A stretch of 64,000 nucleotides of DNA from a virus: IMG/VR virus record IMGVR_UViG_3300027759_000077, positions 6,946-70,945 of that record, one strand, 5' to 3'. Every line of letters starts with the position of its first letter. Positions within the stretch are counted from its first letter, which is position 1. Of the stretch, positions 27,439 through 37,629 are shown piece after piece. The notes below the pieces were generated by a model, which was given only the letters and a program-made list of their open reading frames with translations, was not told where the DNA came from and did not search any database. Made by a program: the position numbers and the translations under genes.

Positions 27439-30400
27439 TTAAGGTTCCAAAGCCGTTACTCTAGCCTCAAGGCTTGTTAATCGGGAAGTTAAAGTAGTGA
27501 TTTTGGAATTAGCGGTAACTAAGTCTTGTTGCAGTACGGTTATATTTCCGTTTGCCGTATTTAAATCCGTCTGCAATGTAGTGATATTGTTGTTAGCAGT
27601 ATTCAAATTCATTTGCAGGGAAGATATATTTCCGTTTGCATTACTTAAATCAGATTGCAAAGTAGAAATACTGTTATTGGCAGAAGACAAACTCATTTGC
27701 AGGGAGGATATGCTATTACTAAATCCACTAACTTGAGAGTACATGGAATCTACAGTTCCATGTAATGAAGTAATATCGTTTTGTATGGTGCTAATCTGCA
27801 TACTAAACATGCTGACTTGCGAATATAAAGAACTAAACGAATCTACCGTTGTACGTAAAGTATTAATATCATTTTGTATGGTATTAATTTGCATGCTAAA
27901 CATACTGACTTGCGAGTACAAAGAATTAAACGAATCTACCGTTGTACGTAAAGTATTAATGTCATTTTGTATGGTGCTAATTGTCATGCTAAACATGCTG
28001 ACTTGCGAGTATAAAGAGTTTAGCGTGTTGTTTATTGTTGTTTCATTATTCTGAAGCGTGGAAATATTCGATTCAATCGTGTTAAATCTGGAGTTTAAAA
28101 CAGTAGGATCAAGAGAAGATAAATTATTTTCAAGTGTTGTTACTCTAATTGTTAATGCCGTTAACGCTGTTGTTGTTGTGGATATGTTGTTTTCGTCTGT
28201 ATCAAGTCTAGTAGTTAAAGCCGTGACTTTATTTTCTGTTGTTGTAACTCTTGTTGTTATTGCATTTAACCCATTTGTAATCGTAGTTACGTTGCCTTCG
28301 TCCGTGTTAAGTCTAGTAGTTAAAGAGGTAACGTTAACTTCAACTGTTGCTACTCTTGTTGTTAATGCAGTTAACCCAGTTGTAACCGTGGTTATATTTC
28401 CTTCAGAAGAAGTGGCTCTATTTCCAAGAGCAGTTATACTAGTGTCATGGGATGAGTCTTTAGATGTTAAGTTTGAAATTGAGGTATTTGTTGCGGTAAT
28501 AAATAGGGTTAGTGTATTAACGGTGGAAGTACTTGTACTTTCCAAAGCAGAAACTTTACTAGACAGCAAAGTAATACTTGTGTCTTGAGTTTGGTTTTGC
28601 GTTTGCAAAGTTGTGATGTTAGATTCAATAGATGTAAACCGGCCATTTAAAGAAGATAAATCAATATTGGTAGTACTGTTTTCAAGAGCAGTTACCCTTA
28701 CCGTTAACGCTGTTACATTACTCGATGTAGTAGTTATCGTTACTTCAGCAGTATTTACTCTTATCATTAACGCCGCTGCGTCGTTGATTGTTCCCGTTAA
28801 TTTTCCATCTAAGTTAGTTACCTTTGTTGTTAATGCTGTTAAGTTAGTATTTGTAGTTCCAAGATTTGTAACCATTGTAGAAACGTTAGTTTCTAAAGTG
28901 GCTATTTTTCCATCTTCTTCTGCATTCTTAGCCGTTAATGTTACAATAGTTGCATTTGTAGATGTGATAAAAGCGTTCAACGCTGTAGTTATTGTAACGT
29001 CGCCATTTGTTCTGTTTGTAATTTCTAAATTAAGATTTGTAGTTAAGGTAGTTGTAGCAGTTTGAAGGGTAGTTATGCTGTCCTCTACAACAGTAACTCT
29101 ACTTGTTAATACAACTGCCTTACTATTTGTCGTATTTAAATCGCTTTGTAAAGTTGTTAGTTTAGATTCTGCTGAAGTTACACGGGAAGTTATCGAAGTT
29201 ATATTTGCGGTTTGAGTTGAATCGGTTATTTGCAAAGCAAGAATTGCATTTTCAATACCTACAAAACGGGCGTTTACTCCTGAGATATTATTGCTAATAA
29301 GAAAAGCTTCTATGGCCCCAATACGTGTTTCACAAACACCGGTTCTAGTTGCAACCGCTGTAAGATTAAAGTTTGTAGATACTATATCACTTGCGATAGT
29401 AACAACTTTACTTTCAACAGTTCCTATTCTGCTTTCTACAGATCCTACCCTTGTATCTAAATACGTGTATTGGCTGTCTACATAAGTAAGTAAAGCGTAC
29501 TTTGAAAAATTTATTGAATCAAAAAATGCGGTGTAATCAGAGACTTGAATGGCAGTAACTTGACCATAGCTATTAGTGGTAATACTTAAAAACTTTTTCT
29601 CCCCACCGTAAGTTCCTGCACTTCCTAAAGAAGCTAAAGCAACGTTTAAACTTTTCCCAGACGTTGTCAAAGTAATACCAGGACCACCAGTGGCAGATTC
29701 AATTAAGCCGGGCTTATTATTTATATTCTCCCAATCAACTTCTGTATCAAGTTCATTAACATCACTAATAATCCCATAGTTATCAACTGTTATTTCAAGT
29801 GTAGTGGTGGGACTACCGTAGGTTCCTGAAGCTTTAGAACTAGCAAGCGATATATTACCTTGACTTATTTTTATAGGCTCGATTGCAGTAAGCCCCGCAC
29901 CATCTAAACCTAATGTTATTCGTCCAAAAGCGTCCACCGTAAATTTAGCGTTGCCATAAACACCAGGAGTTACCCCTGTTTTGCTTAAGCTTATAGAGCC
30001 AACAGTAGTAATTGGACCACCTATAATACCATCTTTTGTGGTAATAAGAGTAATGCCAACCATCGGTTCTACTTCTTCAAAAATGGGGCAGATGTTAGTT
30101 ATAACATCAATAGTAGAAGAAGAGGATCCAGACCCTCCACCCCCACCGGTGTTATTAAACATCATGTAGTTGCCATGCCCATAATACAATTTGACAACTG
30201 TACCCAAAGCAACCAGTTGATTGTTTACCTCGTATGCAGGAAGACGAGTTGGACTACCAGCGTTTCCATAACCTTTCTCAAGTTTGTTAACATCACGGCA
30301 AGAGAGTAAGGTTTGATCGTAAGAGGAACTGTCGTTGATTATTTTTTTTGCGGATCCCGAACCCGAACCGGATAATGCGGGATTGATTCGGAAAAATTGC

Positions 30401-30744
30401 TGGTTGTTTCTACTTACATCTACGTCTTCAATAACTTCAACCCACCCGTAAGCATAGACATAGTCAGGGCAAGTGCTTGCTTTTTTTGCTGAGCCTGAGC
30501 CTGACCCCGAAAGGGGCTTTGATATTCTCTTTACCGATACTATTTGCGCCCAAATAGGAGGCCGAGCTATGTTCTGAGATAAAGAATACGAGTTTCCTGA
30601 GCTTGAACTTGTAGACTCAATACCACCACCAGAAGGGTTTTGTACACTAGCCCCTGCCACCGCACTCGAAACTTTATTTAAGTTTGAAGCGGAAAGCGAA
30701 CCTCCTGCAAGTACCTTGTCAATAATTGGTTGAGAAGAAGGCAT
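27439..30744 (-). CDS. Long coiled-coil tail fibre protein
   Basis: GVTPGVYG..TVDAFGRIT fibre motifs followed by roughly 650 aa of Thr/Ser-rich heptads (LTTRVTTLE). Confidence 0.75.
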   Translation of the reverse strand: MPSSQPIIDKVLAGGSLSASNLNKVSSAVAGASVQNPSGGGIESTSSSSGNSYSLSQNIARPPIWAQIVSVKRISKPLSGSGSGSAKKASTCPDYVYAYGWVEVIEDVDVSRNNQQFFRINPALSGSGSGSAKKIINDSSSYDQTLLSCRDVNKLEKGYGNAGSPTRLPAYEVNNQLVALGTVVKLYYGHGNYMMFNNTGGGGGSGSSSSTIDVITNICPIFEEVEPMVGITLITTKDGIIGGPITTVGSISLSKTGVTPGVYGNAKFTVDAFGRITLGLDGAGLTAIEPIKISQGNISLASSKASGTYGSPTTTLEITVDNYGIISDVNELDTEVDWENINNKPGLIESATGGPGITLTTSGKSLNVALASLGSAGTYGGEKKFLSITTNSYGQVTAIQVSDYTAFFDSINFSKYALLTYVDSQYTYLDTRVGSVESRIGTVESKVVTIASDIVSTNFNLTAVATRTGVCETRIGAIEAFLISNNISGVNARFVGIENAILALQITDSTQTANITSITSRVTSAESKLTTLQSDLNTTNSKAVVLTSRVTVVEDSITTLQTATTTLTTNLNLEITNRTNGDVTITTALNAFITSTNATIVTLTAKNAEEDGKIATLETNVSTMVTNLGTTNTNLTALTTKVTNLDGKLTGTINDAAALMIRVNTAEVTITTTSSNVTALTVRVTALENSTTNIDLSSLNGRFTSIESNITTLQTQNQTQDTSITLLSSKVSALESTSTSTVNTLTLFITATNTSISNLTSKDSSHDTSITALGNRATSSEGNITTVTTGLTALTTRVATVEVNVTSLTTRLNTDEGNVTTITNGLNAITTRVTTTENKVTALTTRLDTDENNISTTTTALTALTIRVTTLENNLSSLDPTVLNSRFNTIESNISTLQNNETTINNTLNSLYSQVSMFSMTISTIQNDINTLRTTVDSFNSLYSQVSMFSMQINTIQNDINTLRTTVDSFSSLYSQVSMFSMQISTIQNDITSLHGTVDSMYSQVSGFSNSISSLQMSLSSANNSISTLQSDLSNANGNISSLQMNLNTANNNITTLQTDLNTANGNITVLQQDLVTANSKITTLTSRLTSLEARVTALEP
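27730..28020 (-). repeat. 93-bp (31-aa) tandem repeat, about 3 copies, in the fibre gene
   Basis: SLYSQVSMFSMxIxTIQNDINTLRTTVDSF units; AAACGAATCTACCGTTGTACGTAAAGTATTAAT at 27835 and 27928. Confidence 0.85.
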
Positions 30745-30806
30745 AACGCTCCTAAGGGCTATTAAGAACTTATCATAGCGTTAAAGGTGTTTGTTAGCAA
30801 CCGATT

Positions 30807-31136
30807 TTACCTCACCAAAGCAACTTCTTCTAGGGTAGTAGCAGCTTCCACAGCTTTACGCTTTAAGGCAAAGGTGCTGGACATCTCCGCACGGGCTGCA
30901 CCGTAACGAAGCAGTAGGGTGGTCATCTCGGCAAAGGTTGCAAATTGAACACTAGAGTTGTCTTTTGCAATGATGGCGGGAATTGGTAAGCCTAAGGCAG
31001 AATCTTCTTCCACCATAATGTTATGATGTACTGTAGAACCTTTGTGAAGGTAAGAAGTATCTAGGTTGTAGCTAGGTTTTAACTTGCCTTTGTGAGCATA
31101 CGGAAAAGATAAGACGGTCAAATGCTTAATAGTCAT
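30807..31136 (-). CDS. Tail fibre assembly/chaperone-like protein (DUF4376-like C-terminus)
   Basis: C-terminal KRKAVEAATTLEEVALV pattern. Confidence 0.5.
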   Translation of the reverse strand: MTIKHLTVLSFPYAHKGKLKPSYNLDTSYLHKGSTVHHNIMVEEDSALGLPIPAIIAKDNSSVQFATFAEMTTLLLRYGAARAEMSSTFALKRKAVEAATTLEEVALVR

Positions 31137-31144
31137 TGTTTTCC

Positions 31145-31342
31145 TTATACCTGTGCATCGAAGTAAGTTTTTAGCAACCGCTTAAGCTGCTGGACTTTGG
31201 CTTCGATCTCGCTGCCATCTGCGAAAAAGTCTTGCTCGTTCATCGTTTTCTTTTTGTTGCGATTAACGAAGGTAATGGAATAGCCTGTGATTGGCAACCC
31301 TTGATCATTGCTTTTAGTTTGTTCGCAAATTAAAATTTCCAT
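31145..31342 (-). CDS. Hypothetical protein
   Basis: 65 aa with AGGAG RBS. Confidence 0.6.
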   Translation of the reverse strand: MEILICEQTKSNDQGLPITGYSITFVNRNKKKTMNEQDFFADGSEIEAKVQQLKRLLKTYFDAQV

Positions 31343-31352
31343 GTGTGCTCCT

Positions 31353-32135
31353 TTAGGTTTTGATGATGAAGTTCATAACTAAAACTGGGGGTATTATAGC
31401 ATGTCGGCTGTTACCACCTTCTGCAACATTGTTAATACCGATAGAGTGCTGATGCTCGGTGCTTGCAGACGTAACAGGATTAACACCGGCGGAGTCATTG
31501 CCCATGACATAATTGCCAGCAACTAATCCAGCACTAGATACATTAGGGTTGTAAACATAAACTGGTTTTACATGAGAGTGAGTGTGGGTAGCGTTGGCAT
31601 TCATAAACCCTGTTATTTGATTACTTCCACCAGCGGATGATCCAACCGTGTTAGCGTGTGTATGACTGGCTAATTCTGTAGTTGTTAGCAAATGCGTTTC
31701 TTCGCCAAACCATTGGCCTCTAGTTCTTGCTGTCATTGCTGTACCAGATGGGCTTGTACCATTTACACCCGAAGAATTTAAACCTAATCCTGTTCCTGCC
31801 CCCATAGGCATTCGGCTTCTAAGGTCTGGAAGGTTAAAAGTGGTCGATCCATCTCCAACTCCAAAAGCAACACCAATAGCAGAAAACAGCGCACTATAGG
31901 TAGTTCTTGAAATAGAATCGCCATTTGACAACAACCATCCGCTTGGAGCAGTAGTAGTTACAACCCCTGCACTTACTGTTTGAGTAACATTTCCTGCGTA
32001 CATTTGCATAGAGCCAGATGGCAATAGGGAAATAACTGTACCGCCAACCCACGCTGAACCATTAAACACCCAAAGTTTATTGTTGTAAGTGTAGGTTTGA
32101 TTGGTTGTCGGGGATGAGGGAAAATCTATTGGCAT
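31353..32135 (-). CDS. Tail fibre protein with phage tail-collar domain
   Basis: APSGWLLSNGDSISRTTYSALFSAIG..FG.GDGSTTFNLPDLR, ELASHTH, PPVLVMNFIIKT. Confidence 0.9.
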   Translation of the reverse strand: MPIDFPSSPTTNQTYTYNNKLWVFNGSAWVGGTVISLLPSGSMQMYAGNVTQTVSAGVVTTTAPSGWLLSNGDSISRTTYSALFSAIGVAFGVGDGSTTFNLPDLRSRMPMGAGTGLGLNSSGVNGTSPSGTAMTARTRGQWFGEETHLLTTTELASHTHANTVGSSAGGSNQITGFMNANATHTHSHVKPVYVYNPNVSSAGLVAGNYVMGNDSAGVNPVTSASTEHQHSIGINNVAEGGNSRHAIIPPVLVMNFIIKT

Positions 32136-32142
32136 AACTTCC

Positions 32143-32352
32143 TTAAGGCTTAAGTAATTTTGTGTCGCTTATCGGTTCCACATACCCTAGAGAAACTACC
32201 GCAGTTTCCCTGTCTGAAAACCAATACCAACCTTCTACAGGGTAGGTGTACTCTTCATGCTGGTTTTCATAGAGTGCGTAGTCTGGCCCCTGCACCGTGG
32301 TAGGAGCTTCTAGTAATTCGGTTCCGTCTATTTTGTAAAATGGCATAGTCAT
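32143..32352 (-). CDS. Small fibre-associated protein
   Basis: FYKIDGTELLEAP..YTYPVEGWYWF. Confidence 0.6.
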   Translation of the reverse strand: MTMPFYKIDGTELLEAPTTVQGPDYALYENQHEEYTYPVEGWYWFSDRETAVVSLGYVEPISDTKLLKP

Positions 32353-32355
32353 TCC

Positions 32356-33993
32356 TTAGAAAGTAACAGCCCATCCCTTAAGAGTGGCGATGGTTGAGTT
32401 TAAAAGTCTTGCAGTTATAGTGGTCGTACCCGATGCGGAAGCTGGGACACTCAGCGTAATATTGGTGTTAAGGGTAACAGCCGTGATGGTGGTTGGATAA
32501 TTCACCGTACCGCTGCCATTGGTAGTCAATGCGATAGCAGCACCGCCCACGGTTAACGCTAATTGGAAGGTGTTAGCTGTTGCTGAAATAACATAGTAAG
32601 TAGTGTTGATAATCACGCCAGTAGTTGTGACTATGGTTGCAAAAGAAACTGGTGTACCGTCAGCGAGTCCGTGTGCTGTCCTAGTCACTGTGTCGCCAGT
32701 GTCTTGAAGCGTTACCGCTACTGCATCTGAAACACCAGTGGTTCCGGTGACATACATTCCCACCGTGTAACCTGTTGTAGAAGACATTGTCACGGTGGTT
32801 GAGCCAGATGTCCTTGTTCCCGTAATGCTACTTGAGGCGACTACTCCATAGTTTCCGGTAACAGTAATTGTCTGTGATGGCCCAGCACCTAGATTGGTGA
32901 AAATTTCTTCTAGTCGAGCTTTGGAAAGTTTGCATGATGCGTAGGAGATCGTCATTTTTGTTCCGGTCATAGCGTTTTTAGAAAGCTGGTTGCAGGCGCT
33001 AAACATGGAAAGAAAGTTTCCAGTTGATACTACGGCTGCGTTTAGTGCTGGTACGGTCTGAAGCGAATAGCAATTATTGAACATACTTGACATACTCGTC
33101 ACCGATGCAGTGTTAAACAGAGGTACGGTTTGCAGGGAGAAGCAATTAGTAAACATTTGCGACATAGTTGTTACCAATACAATATTAAACAGAGGTACGG
33201 TCTGAAGCGAATAGCAATTACTGAACATTTGCCCCATAGTTGTTACCGATGCAGTGTTAAACAGAGGTACGGTCTGAAGCGAATAGCAATTACTGAACAT
33301 TTGCAACATATTCATTACTGCTGCGGTGTTAAATAACGGTACGGTTTGCAGGGAGAGGCAACTGTAAAACATACTTGTCATGCTAGTTGCACTGTTCGTC
33401 CACAGTGTTGCCACCGACTGAAGGCTGTAACAGCTGTAGAATTTATAACTCCAATCGCTAACGCTATTCTGGTAGACCGCCACTTGCTCCAGATCGGCCA
33501 TCCTAATCGTGGGTAAATTCGAGCTAATGATCAGCGTAGTTAGCGATGCACCAGCAACAGCGATAGCTAAAAACCCAGAACTGTAAGCGGAAAGCCCAGT
33601 TTGCGTGTGTTTCCGAAACAGGTCTAGACTAGTAAAAGTTTGCCCTGCCTGCATGGTTACGCTGACGATTACTTGCTTGTATCCACGGCTGCAAAGGGTG
33701 GTGTTTCCGGTGTCATAAGTAGCGTAATTATACTCATGGTTTGCTTGCACACCGCTGGCAAAGTTTTCAGTAACACCGTCACCCCAGTCAACCGTGTAAG
33801 CACCCGCAGCAGACAAGGCTAGAAAATTAGAGTCTGGATAAACAGCATGAAGACCTACAAAACGATTATCGCTGTCGGTAAGCGTTGGCAACGCAACCCA
33901 ATCGGCTGGTCGAACATAGGGTGTCGCTGCGGTAGTTGATGTTCTCAGTCCACGGGTGGCAATACTTCTTTTATTTAAACTGCTTACGGTCAT
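32356..33993 (-). CDS. Receptor-binding protein with BspA/DUF285-like 24-aa repeats
   Basis: RPADWVALP, VDWGDG, about 7 MFxNCYSLQTVPLFNTxxV repeats, C-terminal IATLKGWAVT. Confidence 0.75.
   Translation of the reverse strand: MTVSSLNKRSIATRGLRTSTTAATPYVRPADWVALPTLTDSDNRFVGLHAVYPDSNFLALSAAGAYTVDWGDGVTENFASGVQANHEYNYATYDTGNTTLCSRGYKQVIVSVTMQAGQTFTSLDLFRKHTQTGLSAYSSGFLAIAVAGASLTTLIISSNLPTIRMADLEQVAVYQNSVSDWSYKFYSCYSLQSVATLWTNSATSMTSMFYSCLSLQTVPLFNTAAVMNMLQMFSNCYSLQTVPLFNTASVTTMGQMFSNCYSLQTVPLFNIVLVTTMSQMFTNCFSLQTVPLFNTASVTSMSSMFNNCYSLQTVPALNAAVVSTGNFLSMFSACNQLSKNAMTGTKMTISYASCKLSKARLEEIFTNLGAGPSQTITVTGNYGVVASSSITGTRTSGSTTVTMSSTTGYTVGMYVTGTTGVSDAVAVTLQDTGDTVTRTAHGLADGTPVSFATIVTTTGVIINTTYYVISATANTFQLALTVGGAAIALTTNGSGTVNYPTTITAVTLNTNITLSVPASASGTTTITARLLNSTIATLKGWAVTF
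32990..33460 (-). repeat. 72-bp tandem repeat array encoding the LRR-like units
   Basis: AAACAGAGGTACGGTCTGAAGCGAATAGCAATTA at 33187 and 33259, plus further degenerate copies. Confidence 0.8.
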
Positions 33994-34319
33994 GTAATCT
34001 CTACTCCAAAAACAGAGAATGAAACATTCGCAGTTCCAGCATAAACAGAAATAACATCAGTAGTTGCTAGTGCTATTCCAAGAGTAAGCAAAATCGTATC
34101 GTTAGCCGATACCGTCGCATCATAGGCGACGTAATGTTGGTTAGCGATTGCAGCACCAGCGGGCCGTACTGCGATCCTATAGGTTGTGCTTACTATGCCG
34201 ATATTGCATATCGACAAAGTAGAAGCGATTGATTGTGTCGATGTGGGTGCCGTGTAGAGTGTGGTCAGCGTTGTCGCTGCCGGATTACTCTGGCCTAAGA
34301 CCTTATGAGTCATAGCCAT
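33990..34319 (-). CDS. Small virion structural protein
   Basis: KVLGQSNPAATTLTTLYTAP...VSFSVFGVEIT, a type common in freshwater phage fibre loci (recall). Confidence 0.7.
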   Translation of the reverse strand: MAMTHKVLGQSNPAATTLTTLYTAPTSTQSIASTLSICNIGIVSTTYRIAVRPAGAAIANQHYVAYDATVSANDTILLTLGIALATTDVISVYAGTANVSFSVFGVEIT

Positions 34320-34322
34320 AAT

Positions 34323-35777
34323 TTACATGCCTCCTAATAAAAACGGATGGAAAATTAGATCGGTGCTACCACTACTCCCACTACTCCCATACGCTTCAAC
34401 CCACTGAGAAGTGTTTCCGTCATTTATGTAAATTAATAAAGAAGCGCTGTTTGTATCAAACCACCAATCTCCACTTACGGGAGAGGTAGGTGCTGTTGCA
34501 GATGTGGTTACTGAACTGCCACCGCTTGCTGTTGCCCAAGACGGAGCAATACCGGAGCCAGCACTTGTAAGCACTTGACCTGTTGTCCCTGCTGCACCCG
34601 CAACAAGCAGTTCGCCTTTGTTAGTCATAGTGAACTTAGAAGTAACCGCCCCTCCTACATCACGGGTAAGAAAATCTATTGTTCCACCTATGCCTGTGGA
34701 TGTGTCTGAGATAGTACCTATGCTGTCAAAAGTTATACGAGATGCTTCAAGGTAAGTATTTGTTGAACCTACATAACCGTAACCACTCATAGTAAGCAAA
34801 TCATCGCCAGTTGTAATGACTAATGGGGAAGTTACTGTGCCTCGGGATTTGCGTGAATTAATAGCGTAAGCGACTGTGTCAAAAGAACTTCGAGAAGGTT
34901 GGAATCCATTTGCGATGAATCTAGAATTTTCAATACCGAGGATCGAAACAGCCATAGTTCCAGCGTCAGGTCTACTTAGCCCCGTAGTATTTTCAGAAAA
35001 GAAAGTTAAACCGGGCGCACTAGTAGATCCTATTGCAGTCATAAATCTATTTGACGAAAAACGTGCAAATTCTCCACCACCCGTGTTTTCAACTAATATT
35101 TCATCCGCTCTAAGTCTTAGGTAATTTCCTAAAGGATTAGCTAGGCCACAGCCAGGCGCATTAGCAAAACTATACGCTGGGAAAGCATCATTTGCAGTTG
35201 CAGCCAATATTTGCGTAGTTGTCGGACTCACGCTAAATACATGAGAACCTCTTGAATACACAGATAGCGGTGACATAGTAGAAGCAGCAAGCGTGGAAAG
35301 TTTCAGCCCCACTTGGTTAGGAACACCGCTAGTACTTGTTCCACTAGTTGCAGCAGTAGTTTCGCCTAGTTCTAGTGCAGATGTAGTATCTGTTGTCCTT
35401 GCCCAGTTCCAGCGAATACCAAAGTTTGCGTTGGCAATACCAGCTTGGGTTGCTGTAGCTGCAGATACTGCATTAAGAGTACCACCACCACCGCCACTAC
35501 CATTAGATGCAGCGGTGATTCTTCCTTGAGCATTAACAGTAATATTTGCGTTAGTGTATGCAGCAGCAATTACAGCAGTAGCATCAAGCTGGGAGTTGGT
35601 AACTGTTCCAGTATGATTTGAAAATGCCAAAGACGACACTAATATTTGACTAGTACCAAGTGTGTCAGTAACCCATATTTTACCATCCGTCACATTTACA
35701 GACATTTCCCCAGCAGAAGAAGCTGTCGGAACAGAAGAAGCTGTATATGATCTTTTTGGCTTAATTATGTTAGCCAC
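34323..35777 (-). CDS. Tail fibre protein
   Basis: IKPKRS..VP...GEMSVNVTDGKIW N-terminus, ITVNAQGRITAASNG, GTTGQVLTSAG, APTSPVSGDWWFD. Confidence 0.75.
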   Translation of the reverse strand: MANIIKPKRSYTASSVPTASSAGEMSVNVTDGKIWVTDTLGTSQILVSSLAFSNHTGTVTNSQLDATAVIAAAYTNANITVNAQGRITAASNGSGGGGGTLNAVSAATATQAGIANANFGIRWNWARTTDTTSALELGETTAATSGTSTSGVPNQVGLKLSTLAASTMSPLSVYSRGSHVFSVSPTTTQILAATANDAFPAYSFANAPGCGLANPLGNYLRLRADEILVENTGGGEFARFSSNRFMTAIGSTSAPGLTFFSENTTGLSRPDAGTMAVSILGIENSRFIANGFQPSRSSFDTVAYAINSRKSRGTVTSPLVITTGDDLLTMSGYGYVGSTNTYLEASRITFDSIGTISDTSTGIGGTIDFLTRDVGGAVTSKFTMTNKGELLVAGAAGTTGQVLTSAGSGIAPSWATASGGSSVTTSATAPTSPVSGDWWFDTNSASLLIYINDGNTSQWVEAYGSSGSSGSTDLIFHPFLLGGM

Positions 35778-37606
35778 TAAAATGTCCCCCCATCGACAAC
35801 CACACCATCAAGAGCCGTTGCAGAAAGAACAGACACACCATTAATCTTGTACGCTTTTCCAGTAACTAAGTTCATGTGTTCTGAAAAGTCCCACGAAGAT
35901 GTTCCGGTAGTATATAAAATCGTATGGTCAACTAACCCATGAAGCGTGATACCCCCGCCTGTCGCACCTGATTCCAGAGCATTTCCAACAGCAAGCTCAA
36001 TGTTCTTATCTTGGACAGTTAATGTGTTAGAGCTAATTGTAGTAGTAGCCCCTTGAACTGTAAGGTTCCCAGTAACTACCAAGGCTCCCGAAACGGTTCC
36101 ACCGGAAGACGGGAGGTAACCAGCAGTTGTATCTAAAGCGAATGTTCCTGCGGAAGTCATCTTCACAAAAGAAGAAGACACATAACTAAGTCCTGCAACG
36201 GAAGTTAGATTAGCCGAAGATGCTTGACCACCCAATCCAGATAAAGTGTAGGCTGGAACATTTAATGCATTGGAAGTTAAAGTTGCAGCACCGCTTGACC
36301 CTGAGGTGGTTAGCGATGAAATACGACTGGTGTAGGAAGTATTAAAGCTTGTCCAATCTGCTGAACTTAAAGCCCCTCGGTTCGTTGCCGATGCTGTCGG
36401 GACATTAAGGGTTATAACAGGAGTTATGGTTCCTGTTGCTACGGTGCTGGTTAAATCTGTTCCTGTTGTCCCAAGGGTTACTGCTGCTACGGAAGTTACC
36501 GTTCCAACTGTTGTGGAATAATTTGATGGATTGGTTGCAGGGTATGCACCCAATGCAGTTAAAGCTGCTGCTGCGGTAGTGCTCCCTGTGCCACCTTGGG
36601 GAATGCTAAGTGCCGTGGTCAGTCCCGTGAGGGACGTGATGTTGCTGTTAGCTCCTGTCGAAGCGTAGTTTAAAGCGGGAATATCAGTGGCAACTAAAGC
36701 ACGGAACCCAACGGATGAAGCTGCTCCTGTTGCGGGGCCAGCAAAAACCGTAGCTGCTGCTTGAGTTTTAAATCCGATCCCAAACGTACCACTGGTGGTA
36801 ATCTCAGTCCCGCCGTCTAGGGTCATATAATTGGTGTTTACCATCATGCTAACAGAAGTGACTGTGCCTGTTGTAGAAGAAGTTCCAGCACCGATTGCAG
36901 TTCTGAAAGTTGCAGCATCCAAAGCAGAAACCGTATTATCAACATTAAACCTTGGGAATGTAATTGCAGTAGGATTAGTAAGGGTAAACATACTAGCACC
37001 TACTGTAGTCGCACCTAAAGAGGTTCTACCTGTTGCAGCGATAAGGCTTGTCGCACCACCATCCCACTGAAGCCTTTGCGTAAATGCAGCATCCCAACTC
37101 ATTTGGGAAGCGTTTGTAGGAATAAAGTAACCAGAAGTTAAAGTCACCGCCAATGAACCCGAAGTTGTAACAGGAGATCCTGTTATAGTCAGTCCAGTAG
37201 GTACAGTAAGACCAACAGAAGTTACCGTACCAACACTAGTAGTGTAACCGTTTGGGTTGGTCGCAGGGTATGCACCTAGGTTTGTTAAAGCTCCCGAAGC
37301 GGTGGAAGCTCCCGTACCGCCGTCTGCAATAGCAAGGTCGGTAATGCCTGAGATAGAACCACCTGTGATGGTGATGTTGGAAAAAGTCTTAGGCCCAGAA
37401 ACAGTTTGAGTGCTGCCTGTGGTAACAAAACCACCAGAGCCTGCAACCGGTATTACGGAAGAGGCAAAGCCAACACCACCATCTCCAAAGCCGTAATACA
37501 ATGTATTGTCTGCCTCATTGTACGCAATTTCCGCAGGGGCTAAAGTTGTAGGCGCTCCAACAGCACCGTTAGAAGCTCTACGTTTAATGCGAATTGTGTT
37601 TGCCAT
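35777..37606 (-). CDS. Tail fibre protein
   Basis: IRIKRR..GAPTTLAPAEIAYNE N-terminus, LAIADGGTGA repeats, GTVTSV repeats, VDGGTF end. Confidence 0.8.
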   Translation of the reverse strand: MANTIRIKRRASNGAVGAPTTLAPAEIAYNEADNTLYYGFGDGGVGFASSVIPVAGSGGFVTTGSTQTVSGPKTFSNITITGGSISGITDLAIADGGTGASTASGALTNLGAYPATNPNGYTTSVGTVTSVGLTVPTGLTITGSPVTTSGSLAVTLTSGYFIPTNASQMSWDAAFTQRLQWDGGATSLIAATGRTSLGATTVGASMFTLTNPTAITFPRFNVDNTVSALDAATFRTAIGAGTSSTTGTVTSVSMMVNTNYMTLDGGTEITTSGTFGIGFKTQAAATVFAGPATGAASSVGFRALVATDIPALNYASTGANSNITSLTGLTTALSIPQGGTGSTTAAAALTALGAYPATNPSNYSTTVGTVTSVAAVTLGTTGTDLTSTVATGTITPVITLNVPTASATNRGALSSADWTSFNTSYTSRISSLTTSGSSGAATLTSNALNVPAYTLSGLGGQASSANLTSVAGLSYVSSSFVKMTSAGTFALDTTAGYLPSSGGTVSGALVVTGNLTVQGATTTISSNTLTVQDKNIELAVGNALESGATGGGITLHGLVDHTILYTTGTSSWDFSEHMNLVTGKAYKINGVSVLSATALDGVVVDGGTF

Positions 37607-37629
37607 GATCGGAAATCCTTTAGGTTAAG

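Noticed and set aside
27497-30169. Series of plus-strand Val/Leu-rich ORFs
   Set aside because: Antisense shadows of the Thr/Asn-rich fibre gene; the same applies to those opposite the TMP, capsid and protease genes.
27730-33460. Diversity-generating retroelement TR/VR pair
   Set aside because: The repeats are in-frame tandem coding units, I saw no adenine-specific mismatch pattern, and no reverse transcriptase is present in the window.
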